Assembly (NCBI GenBank): GCA_002633005.1
Contig: NMRA01000725.1
Span: forward strand, 103,025-167,024
Source: Phoronis australis
Taxonomy: Eukaryota > Animalia > Phoronida
Reading direction: 5' to 3'
Length of the DNA: 64,000 nt
Shown: positions 12,801 to 24,800 of the stretch, one piece after another
Layout of the letters: each line of letters begins with the position of its first letter
Numbering within the stretch: position 1 is the stretch's first letter
Program-made: the position numbers and the translations under genes
The notes under the pieces: generated by a model
The model's input: the letters and a program-made list of their open reading frames with translations, nothing else
What the model was told of the DNA's origin: nothing
The model's database searches: none

Positions 12801-15800
12801 GAGTTTATCTGTCGAGAATCGTGTATGTGTGTGAACTTCGCCGTGACATCTTTCACGTGCTTGTGTGGAGTTTTCAGGTTCACCTGGCCTTCGAAGCATG
12901 GACGACGTGGTGAGCTCTTGTCGGTACCGAAAACGGTGATTTTGTAGTCGACAGCGTCAACCTTGACCTGGGTATGTGCCTTAATAGATTTGGCTTCGAT
13001 TTTGTGGCCCCATACAAATTTGAGAGTGTTCGCGTCATTGAATGGGGTGTTGACTATCAGGTGACATTGGATGTTTGATTTTGAAGAATATTGCACATCC
13101 AGGTTACCACCGACTTTCTTGTCCTTGACCCAGGCGAAAGAACCACCAACTGAATAGTTTGTGGCCCTTATTCCGTACTTAAATTTCAGAGAGATGTCTT
13201 CAAGATTTTCGATGGTACTTGCCAGGCTTAGCTCACTGTTGACAAAAGGACCAGAAGAGTATTGCCTTATTTTGAATTCCCCAGTAACAGAGATCTTTTC
13301 GCGATTCCACTGAGCGGACACGGTGGACTTTTCACCCGAGTTAAAATCGAGGTCAAAATGGCCAACATGAATTGGGTGAATGAGTCGAAGATTAACGAGG
13401 TGCTTATAAGACGACCTGTTACTGTTATTCTTGTAGCTACCAGTGAGGGTTACATTCTTTCTCTCATCTCGTCCAGCATCCCAATTCACGGACATCTGGC
13501 CGTGAACAGCTAAGGGGAAATCGCTACTAAGCTTGTAGTAGCTTTTAATTTGCCTTGTTGGAAAGACCAAGTCAAGTATGCCAGACATTTCTTCACTGTT
13601 CATGTTCATCTTCGCTTCAGCCGAGTACACATTTCCCAGCAAGTTGGTGGAAAGGAGTACTTCCTTGCTTCTATTTTTGTTAACAAGACGAGCCTCAATA
13701 GAATACTCATCTCCTTGGACATTGAGAGAGACAGTAGTTGTGACTACACGAGGGTTGAAGGTGTATAGGTCAACAATGGAATACCTCTTTCCAGGTAGTT
13801 TGAGTTTACTGGTGGCTGAACATCCCTCGGGCTGCTTCATCAGTTTGAATTGGGTAGAATAGGCCTTGTCGCGGAGTTGGGCTGAGGTTGAGGCATCAAA
13901 ATCCTTCCAGCCTAGTGTGGCGGTTCCATTTATGGAAATCTGTTCCTCGTTTGCCATCTGAACACTCGTGGAGAAAGTGTGTTTCCCCACCTGGGGCTGA
14001 CAGTACCTCGTTTGCATGACGAAATTGTTGCCCTGGTGGTCAAGTGTCAAGTCGTTAGTGAAAGCATTGGTGGTAGTTTGTTCAAACTTGTCATAAAAGC
14101 TGAGCCTGAGCGTGTCAGCTTCCAGGTTGCCGTTGGCTGTGAACTTCTTCAGTCGATGAGAGCTCTCATCCTTCAAGTAAAAGCTGCTGTTCAATTTCTT
14201 ATTGTTCCAGTGTCCAATGAATTTCATCTCATGGTCCATCAGGGTCTCGACGTTGTACGACATGTCGTAGGTAGTGAGCAGGTCCTAAAATAACGAAAAT
14301 TAGATATTGTTATGTAGTACTAAAAGAATTTGGTGTGTTCTTGGAAAACATGTTTTCACTGGCGATATTTGGAAATGTCTGCTTTCATGGTGTCAAAATG
14401 TTTGAGAGGAAAGAAAAACAAACGTAGGTTATCCAGTTCTAGTTCAGCCAATGTCCCCTCCCCCTCAAAACACAGCAAACATAAGAACAAACATTCGTGG
14501 CCCCAAAATTACTACAACCAATGCTTGCTCTTTTAAGGTAACAGTTTATTGACTTTGCTTCAAATTATTGTCTATTTAGGTGACGAAACTTCGAACTCAA
14601 ACTCCCAAGAAGAATAAGAAGTGCCAACTGAATCAAGCTGACATTGCAAATTTCAAACTCGAAGTAACCAACTCAGTGGGAATAAATCGTGCTAAAGCCT
14701 TCAATAAACTACATTCTGCCTATGACGTTATCGCGTGTTGTTAGGAACAATGGGTTCCACCCACGAGCATGAGCCAAAACAATGCAAAGCTGGCGCTTTT
14801 ACAAAATGGTAAAAACAGCAAAGTGAAACCCTACCAAGCCTGGAAACTTCAGTTGGCTCCTAGACTCCAGTTTCATTGGCAACTGAGTGCCAAAGTCGGT
14901 GTCGTGCGAAATGAAGATATTTTTTCTCTTGTCCCTGAAGTCCTCACCGTAGTTCAAGTCAATCTCAAAATCGACGTGCTTTTTGTTGAAGTTCAACTCC
15001 ACGGCCAGCTGGTGATTGTAGTCTGTGTAGGCGTCGCTGCTCACCAGGCTTTTACAAAAAGAGAGAACAGTTATAGATATAGCTGAAAATAAAAAATCCA
15101 TTGGTTCCAATTTGCTTAGAAACAATTGTCCTCAAGGTACATGTAAGACAATATTTGTAAATTGAGAGAGACATCTTCGTACTTTAAGACATCATGAATG
15201 GTATCCGCGTTTCGCCCTTGCTATTATCTTGCCAAAATCAAAGGCAAAATCTCACAGTATTGAAACCACGATTTTATAAGGTGAAACATTTTAAACCAAA
15301 TACATGAGAATATTAAACAATGTCAACTGTTCGGCTTTTTATTAAAAAATACGGTTTAGACCCATCAACAGATATTAAGGACGACATTTCCCATCCAGGT
15401 TTGTGATACAAAATATTGTTCTGAAAAACTCGTCAGCTCTCAAAAGTATGGATTAAGCTTGAAAACAAAGCCTGTAAAACCAACAAACGTGACTAACACT
15501 TTAAGCGAGTTACAAGATACATGTGTGGAATGACTACAAACCAGAAACCAGGGGACCCAGCTTATGGCATGGAACAAATGGTTTAGTTGAATTCTAGTTT
15601 TTCAGTCAATTGTATTACCAAAGGGCAGAAACACATTTGATGAAATTACCAAAACAGGGTTTGGTATTGTATAAACCCTCATTCCATCCAAGCAGCGAGC
15701 TTTAGATTTTGACGTCTTACTACAATAAAATAAATCTTAAATGTTTCCTTTCACAGAGTTTCTACAGTGATTTCTGGTCTCCAAACAAACCTGACAGTTC

Positions 15801-18800
15801 GTTATTCGTTAACTTGCTTTATTAATTACAAAGCAGATAAGCCTGTAATATCGCGTTTGTCGAACTTATCAACTTCAAACCAGGGCCCGATCTCTAATTT
15901 TTTTACTCGAAATGGAACTCGAAATTATGGTTGGTATTTTTCTACTCTACTTTTGTAGGAACTCAAAATATGTGTCTATCATTCTATGCTCGAGTACATA
16001 ATGACTTACGAGAATAGATAGTTTGCAGTTGAGAAGTCAACATTAAGGCTAAAAGTTCGAGTTTGAACTCGAAATTTCGAATTTTGCTCGAGTTAGTAGC
16101 ACGAATATAAAGGTCTTCAAGTGCAAACTTGGACTAGAAATTCATAGGCATAAACTACATGTATAATGTAATCGAGCACAGTCTGATAACCACTTATCTC
16201 GAGTTCGCACAAAAGGAGCAGAGAAATTGTAAAAAATATTCGAGATCGATTGGGTACAAAGATTAGAGACCGGGCCCAGGTGTATTCTTTTGATAAATAA
16301 TTTCAATCGGTCTACTTTGATGGAGACTCACGTGTTGAGAGAATATGATCCCGGCTTTAGATTCCTGATTTTCTCGCTAAAGACGAAGCTTTTCTTGGGT
16401 TTGCCAGCACTGTTGTACTCGATCTCAATACGAGTGGCTATAGCCTTGCCCTTGAAGTTGAGTAGACCCGAGACCTTGGAGTCAAACAGTTCGCTGCGCA
16501 GCTGCACAGATCCAATCAACTTTTTCTGGCTGGAGCTTATAGACTGTTCAAGATTCACTGTTTGAAAATTAAAAAAGACATGTTGAAAACTGTAACCTGC
16601 AGCCTGGATGCGCAAAACAAGAATTCACAGGGGCTGTGTAGTTGTCAAAGTTTTATGTTGAACCAAGCTAAAGTTCATCCTGTTCTCAATTTCATTAGTA
16701 TTACTTTACAATACATGTATTCAGGCTTCGTGTCTGCTAATATATGCATGACTTAAAAGTGAGAATTCACGTATCGCACCACCGTGGTATACTGGCTCCC
16801 ATTTCATTATTAGATATGAATGAAACATGCAACCTGGTTGTCATTGAAATTTCGAATCTGCCGTGCTAACCTTTGAACATGACGGGTACTTTGAACATCT
16901 TGTTGAGTGTGAGATCGCCAGAGTATTTCTTGTTTTTCTGGTACTTCACGGAGCCAGACAGTGTGATTGGCTTACGTTCTGGAATGCGCACCTCAAGGTT
17001 GGGCGTGTACGTGAACACTTTGTTCTCCTGATCTGTCCGCAGCTGGGCTGAGAAGTAGTACTCTTTCTCTTCATCCACTATCATGGTGAGAGTGGCACGC
17101 TTCAGGTCGTCGCGGATTGTGTAGGCACCTGCAGAAAGGGAGAAAACATTGTAAAAGTTCTAACAGAATTGACCGTTCATAAAAAAACAAGAGGCGTGCA
17201 GAAGCGATGCATCTGAGATGGACGAGACCTAGATCTTTAAATGCATCAACTTGCTACAGATGTCTTTAAAACAACAAATAAAAATCAAAACAGAACAAAT
17301 GTTTTTGATCAAATTCTTAGTTTAATACAAGAATTTTGGTGTATTCTTATAACTTTTTCGCAAAATGCCATGTCCTGGAATTGGTGGGTAAAACATTCAG
17401 AGCATGTTCCCTCGCTAACAAACAAGACTCACCGTTCAAATTGACCTGCTTCCAGGGTGAGACAAACTCAAGCTTTGATGACCAATCAGCCGTGTTCAAC
17501 TCGTACTCGACGGCGATGTTGCGATCAATGCTGGATCCTGGGGTGTTGAAACCCATGCTGGTCATGTACTTCATGTAGGTCTCACCGCCACGGCGCACCT
17601 TCTCTGTCTTGTACTTGGCCTGGAAGTTGTAGCCTTCCATTGAGTCAGGCTTATGTAGCACAACGCTGACTTTGCTGGGGCCGGTTAGTGGGAAAAATGG
17701 GGCACCACTCTTGCTCAAGGCGTTGGGGAACTGCAACTCGCCACACAGCCTGATACCTAGCGCCCTCTCCAGGTAAGAACCAGTGCATCGCTTCTTCTCA
17801 ACGCGTGTGCCGGTGATCATCTTCTGTTCACGGTCCTCTTCTTTGTGAATGATGAAGAACTTGCTCCTGGAAAAGAAAAGGAAATTGGAATTCATAAGAA
17901 CAAAGACAAACGCCTATAAAATCCTAGGTCAGAAAGGTGAGGCAAAAACAATTTTTACTTTTGTAGCTGTACTCTGTATGGATATAAAAAAGTAAAACAA
18001 AAGAAGACAGTATGCGGCTATTTTACATGAAACTTGGACAAGATTGTATTTGGTAGCAGATAAATGTTCTTGAATCACCAGTGGTATAGTACAAAACTAG
18101 ACTATAGTCATCAGTTGATAGGTGGCGCTGTGCGAGTTGATAGGTGGTGCTGTGCAAACACACGCTTGGTACCAGATACATCTTCTTGAATCACCAGTTG
18201 TAATATACAAAACTAGACTACAGTCATGGGTTGATAGGTGGCGCTGTACGAGTTGATAGTCGCTAACATACAAAACTAGACTACAGTCATTACTATCATA
18301 GCTTCTTAGAGTAAAAATACAATTCATTATTGCTGTGGGACACTTACTGGATGTCGAAGACTTCCATCTTGTCCTTGGGCGTGTTCAAGTTGAAGGTGAA
18401 CTCTCCATTCTTCATCGACAGTTTGCCATCCATGAAGGTACTGGAGTGGACGGTGGTCACCATCTTGATACCTGACCTGGCCACGAATGCGTCCACTGTC
18501 ATCACACTGGACACTTCAACAGCACCACTGAAAGCAGGACAATGTAACAACATCAAACTAAGTCAATTACACATGGTCAACAGTTGCAACATCAACATAA
18601 AAAAACCCATTCTACAAGAAGAAACCATAATTGGAATTGAACATTGACTGCAATTGCGACATTAGAACATGGTCCAATGAAACAGCTTCATACCTTGGCT
18701 TAATGTGCCCGTCAATGTCGAACTCGTGTGGAGAAGTCATCAGCTTGCGCACATCAACATGGCCGCCGAGTTTCAGGTTGATGGAGGCGGTTCCATTGAC

Positions 18801-21800
18801 AGTCAGGTTGAGAGGCAGACCAATCATTGTTGGTACAATCAAACTGGTGTCAAGGAACATGACGCTCTTGGAGTAGTCAATATCTTGGTCAGATGCCAAC
18901 TGGAAAAACATATGAAAGATGGTCATAATGACTCCGCCTGCAATCTTGTGGTTATAACACAAACAGATTTGATACTTATAATGCAAAGTGAACATCTTAA
19001 TCAATTCAGTCTATTGATGACAAAACACCCAATTGGCAGATTACTGCAAACACATATTTTGTGGATTTAACATGCATTTTCAATTGCAAATGAAAGTTTG
19101 ATATGACGACTTGATATCAATTGCACTCATTGATAATGTGCGGTGGTATTTACCTTGATGAGGATATCAAGAGGATTGAAAGTGTCTTTGTTGTTGAGTG
19201 GGTCAAAGCCAGCGAACTCGCCAAAGGCAATCTCATTTCCAAACACTTTGACAGAAGCAGAGCCCCTCGTCATGTCATCCATATGGGCACCAAACTAAAA
19301 AATGTAAAAACGCACATGAGAAAGAGGCAGAAATATAACCTGCAACAATTTTGTTTGCGTATGACTTAACCTTTGGTTGTACATTGCATCTATTGAAACA
19401 TATAAGACACATGCCACCGGAGCAACAGATGAATTAATGAATAAAGTTTTGACTCTATAATCAGCATCAGTGGAAATGCATCTGTAATAAAAACCATACT
19501 CTACACAGAGGTCTTTAAAGTGATGTACGTATACAAGAAGGCAGACCATTTCATACACACATTAAGGTCAACCTAAACACTATATCTTGAGTAAGCTACA
19601 GACTTTGATACATACCTTACTATGTACCTTCTGGACATCATCGTTTTTGATAACATTGCGTCTCTTGCGGTTGAGCATGTTGCTCATCTCATTCTGTTGG
19701 AAGTAGCCATTGGGGCCGAAGAATGACTCGACGAGGTATTCGAATCCCTCGATGCGTCCCTCCAGCTCTAGAAAGTTCAGTGACTCTCCGAACACATCCA
19801 GGGTAAGGTTGACCGTGGCTGAACGAGGCACGTACGACTTTGTGGAGAAGAGAACATTGCTCTCAACCTTGCCTCCGACGTTGAGGATCTGGGAGAAGAA
19901 TGACTTCTCGTAGTTACGTGAGAACTTCCTAGCATCATTGTTGTATTCTTTTGACAGCTCCTCCTCTTCAAGGATCTCACGCACGGTCCACTTGAATGGG
20001 TCCGAGGTCTCCATCAAGTTGGTCAAGTGGGTCCACACGAATGTGCCAATCTGGTTCGACTTCTCCGACTCAAGGACGGCTTTGACATTATCAATGATGT
20101 TCTTATCGGCGCAGCGCATCACGGCCAAGTAAGCATGGGCGCGGATCTCAGTGTCCTCCTCAGCATCTCTGAACACAGACATCATCTTGGAGTACTGCAA
20201 GCAAATGAAAGAAATGGGTCACGTAGAAGCACATGTGATCAAATAGGTTAATGTATGCTCAACAAATTAAGGTTTACAAAATTTCAGAGAAACTTTCATA
20301 AATTATGGTCTTCCAAATCGTAATCTGTTAATATCTTGGGTGTTAAAAACACCAAATTCTTCATAACCATCTAAGAATATTTTCAAAATGGAATCTGAAA
20401 AGTAAAATTTCATGAATGTCAATTACGGAAATAACTCACGTCGAAGGGGCACTGAAGACGACGGAAAGCTTGGATGGCAGCGACACGAATATCAGTGGCC
20501 TCCTTCTTGTTGGTGATGCATCGGCCGAGAGTGTCGACGGCCTTCATAGCATGTCCAGTGTTGCCGAGTGCCTTGAGGGACATAAGCACCTTCTCGCGCT
20601 GGTCCTTGTTGGTGTTCTTGCAGTCATAACCAAGGTTGTCTTCGAAGACCTTAAAGAGGTCCATCACCTCTGAGTCATCATTGCACTCAGCGTTTTCGCG
20701 GCAGTAGCTGTTGACCATGGCAGAGACGGCCAGGACGGCTTGACGAGATGGCTTGGCCACAGTGACAAGAGGCTGCAAGAGATGTATATTTTTTCTGGAG
20801 ATGCCCAAGTGTTCCAGGAAATTCGACTTTTATTGTAAACTGGCTGAAAGTCCATTCAAAACAAAAGCAAGTTGAGCAGATATTTTATACCACAATATTA
20901 GCCTCAAATGGCAGATACATGTACAAACATAAAGTTATCTCACTAGTGAGATAACATTTTGGCTGTAAACTGAAGACGGATTCGAACCCGGGCCTCAAGA
21001 GTTTCGAGTCGCCGACTTTACCACTACACCACTCAGCGGCTGACTTCATCGAACATGAAAATAGAATACTTAAATGAGCACGCGCAACAATCGCATGTTC
21101 AGCAAAGGGCATTGCACCGATATTTATAAGCTATGAAAAATAAGACGCATAATATCCATAAAAACGATATTATTAATTCAGTGAAATTTTTCTCTCGTGT
21201 TCTCTCACGTGTAAATCATCGATCTCCAATTTGAATGCGGGTAAAGTATCGTCGAGATCCTTTGACTTGAGTATTATAGTCAAGTTACTAGTGGTAACCT
21301 ATTTTAGCAGATGATATTTTTCCCGGTCGAAGCATATCGTGATAAAATGTGTAGTAAGCTATAATAGTTGCTAAACCTTAATTTATGGATTCACTTTCTT
21401 TCTATTTTGTTTTTCACTTGGTTTAGAGTAAAAGCATTATTTGACAAAAATAGCTCGGCTTTACTTGAAAGGTCAAGACCTCCGACCCCGGGCGTCTGAC
21501 ATCGAAAGTAGTTACAAAGCCGCGGCGAGTCGAGAAAGGTAGATCGATTCAATGCAATGTTTCTCGTTCAGTATGTGGTATAAATAGATTATTACATGTT
21601 CTCAGTCGTTATCCCCCTTATCGTGGATTTTATAGAATTATCACCCACGGGGCTAACTCCCCTCTGCCGATAATTCTCCAAAATCCACTCGGGCTCTAGG
21701 TAACGGGGGATAACGACTTCGCCATGTAATAATCTATATTTTTATTGCACGAACATCTTAACAGAGTTCTGGTTGTTGAAAGTGAAGTTTACAGCGACAT

Positions 21801-24800
21801 CTAGAGCCACTAGCAGCAGTAACTCATAAACTCATTGCATTTGACCTCTTGCAGAAATTCGTTAAGTAAAGCACACTCTTAGGGAAATGTTGATAATATT
21901 GCACTTTGATTAAATTTGATTAATCACATATCAATTAAAAATCTTAGAATAGTATTTTGTCAAGACATTAAAAACAAATTTTACAGAATACTAAGCAGCG
22001 AGGAATTTTAACTAGAGAAGTAAAAAAACAGCTTATGTGCTCACAAATTCCTCTTCTCACATACCTTAACCTCAGCAAGCATCAGTTTGCTTGGTCGACT
22101 GACGAATGCGAGAGAATTGAGCCACTGAACGGCCATGGGGGCTGGCAGATCATCGCGGCTGATTATTTTCTGGATCAAGGACACAGAGGCAATGGTGCCG
22201 CAGCTGGGAACGGCATCCAAGAAGTATTTCCTGAAAACGCAGTCGAGAGTAATTAAACAAATTAATTTCAGCTTGCACAATACTTTCAACAGTTTGGCTG
22301 GTAATTTTTATACTTATTAAATTTTCATGTTGAATCTTTCTTTAACTTAAAATTCCATAAAATTTTGGCTTTAATGAAACAAAGTCTTTGTTCCCAAAGG
22401 GCTATACATCGTCACGTGTCACATTATAATTGCTAAACTGCCTAAAAATGAATTTCAATGAACAAAAAAAAAAATTATTGAGGTTGGCCTCCCCTACAGT
22501 TAGGAATTCCAAAAGGTTCGGCCTGTGACTCAAGTTCGTAACTAAAATGGAATCCTACCACGGTATGGAAATTATGAAAGTCAAAGGTCTAATTCGATTC
22601 TTGTTTTAACTGATGAACAGGGCGAAATGCAGCGGTAAACTGACAAATTTTATGGAAACAAGTTTCTTAAAAAGTACGACGTGTAAAGACACGAGGACAG
22701 TTGAACAATTCATTACCTTGCAACTTGTGACTTTGCACAAAACGGGCGGCGGTTGTCATCAACTATGCGCCAAACATTGCCGAGAGCTTCCGTGTTGAGA
22801 CGACGCATTTTGTAGACGAGGTTGGCAAACATGCGAGGCACCTCAGGGCGAACATCATCCTTAGCAACTGAGCAGATCTCCCGAAGCTGATTGATGACAT
22901 CACGATAGTCTCTTTCCAAGCGTTCACCTTCATAAGCGTGTTCGAAGCGCAGATCCGTGCGATGTTCGACATTCCCTTCAAAGAGAAGAAATAATTATCA
23001 AAATTGTTGGCCATCCTATCTCTACCAATTCTGATTATCTTGTTTATAAATACAAAATCCGTGGGGCACAAAATCTTATTCCACTTTCAATTATAAACTC
23101 CAATTTATGAATTCACTGGAAATTTACAATGGCCAGACTATTACACTGCATACATCTGATCTAATAAAATCTACAAATACAAATAGGATATCCCTGAACA
23201 GAAAACAAGAAAAGCATTCTTACTCTGGTTAGTGGAGACACCACTCCTGTACGTGTTGTACTTGAGTGTCTGTTTAACCGTTGTGGTAGCGCCGCTCTTG
23301 CCGTAGCTGAAGGGACGGAAAGTGTGAACCTCCTTGCAGCTGGACTGGATGAGACGACCATCAGTGTGGAAGCTCTGGTCACAGTTGTGAGAACTCTTCA
23401 TCAATGGCATAGACTGGATGGTCTGAAGAAGAATTGTATTATAGCTGCTGAGGTGTTGCAGCGTTTCGCCATATTGGATATTATACGTGTGTTAACTGCA
23501 TGAATAATTTTTGTTTGTGCATCTTCGTACCACCTTCCCTATCAATGCCTTTTGTACATGTATATTGACGGTCACGTGGCAACCACGAGGCAAATCTAGG
23601 ATGAAGTGTCAGTTAAAAAATCAAATTATTTTACAATCAGTCCACTTGTTTCATTTTGCTGGAGATCCTCGAAAAGCTAGAGGAGTAGTGTCATGATGTG
23701 TTAACATAACATTTGCTAAAGTTACCGATGGAACTCTGTATGGCATAGCATGAAATGATGTTTGTTTGCCATGGCGGTCAGTGCATCCGAGGATCTTCTT
23801 GGCCTTAGAGATCTTGATCTGTCCCCAGGAATTGCTAAGGACGTTGTAGTTAACCTCACAGTTGCCTGCTACATCAGTCTAAACAAGAAAGTTATTTCGT
23901 GCTCAAAATAACACCATGTCATTTTCAACCATAAAGACAGAAACTTTAAATTAAAAATAACGAAATAGTACAGTTGCAGTAAGCAAATGAAATACTTCAG
24001 AAAAGTTCAAGCCTTAATCAATTTTAATACTCACAGACAGATTGCATGCACACATGCAGTGAACTGTTCAATACAAAACGCAGTGAACAAACCTCTGTGG
24101 TAGTTTTATCTTCGGTTAACTTGTCCATGGTGTTCTGTAAGGCTGACAGCACTCCACGTTTAATGTTAAGTGCTCGCCAGTCTTCGGTTCCTGTGTGACA
24201 CAATTCGGCAACCTTTCCATCTTGGAAGGCAAAGCGAAGAGTCTCGGTCTCCAAAAGGTGGCGCATTTCAGCGCTGCCAGGGGAAGCGAGTCTATTCTCT
24301 GGGTTCGCGGGGTCCACCTCTTCCAGGCGAACATTGCGAAGCTAATAAGAAATAAGAGGTAAAATGCCTGTTATATGGTATCCAATATATATTTAACTGT
24401 TACACATCGAGTTTAACACATTTTACAGGTCTGTACCGTCGTGTAAAGTTCATGTAATGTCTAGGTGTAATGTCTGTCGCAGCCATGACAAGTCAACTTG
24501 TACAGCTTTGTCTCAAGCAATAACAAGCTGTTGATTCTTTGAAAGCCCAGAAGTCACACCTATTTTGACAAATCAATACAAATTTCGAGACTAATTTCGT
24601 TACACCGAGTGGTCTAACTCAAAAGTTGGTTGTGTAACGTAAAGCGGATTCAGTATAGCCGTTTTAAGGTCCTGTGTCACTACGCCACGCCCCTGTACCA
24701 AAGATTTTCCAGAAGAGAGTATAATTTACTTGCTTTAACACGTAGATGGCATAGCATTTGGCATTTCGGCAGATCCAAACAAAAAGGCTAGTTCGGAGGA

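Noticed and set aside
262-14293. Many short plus-strand ORFs over the giant exon and its copy
   Set aside because: Antisense shadows of the minus-strand coding exon; no independent motifs.
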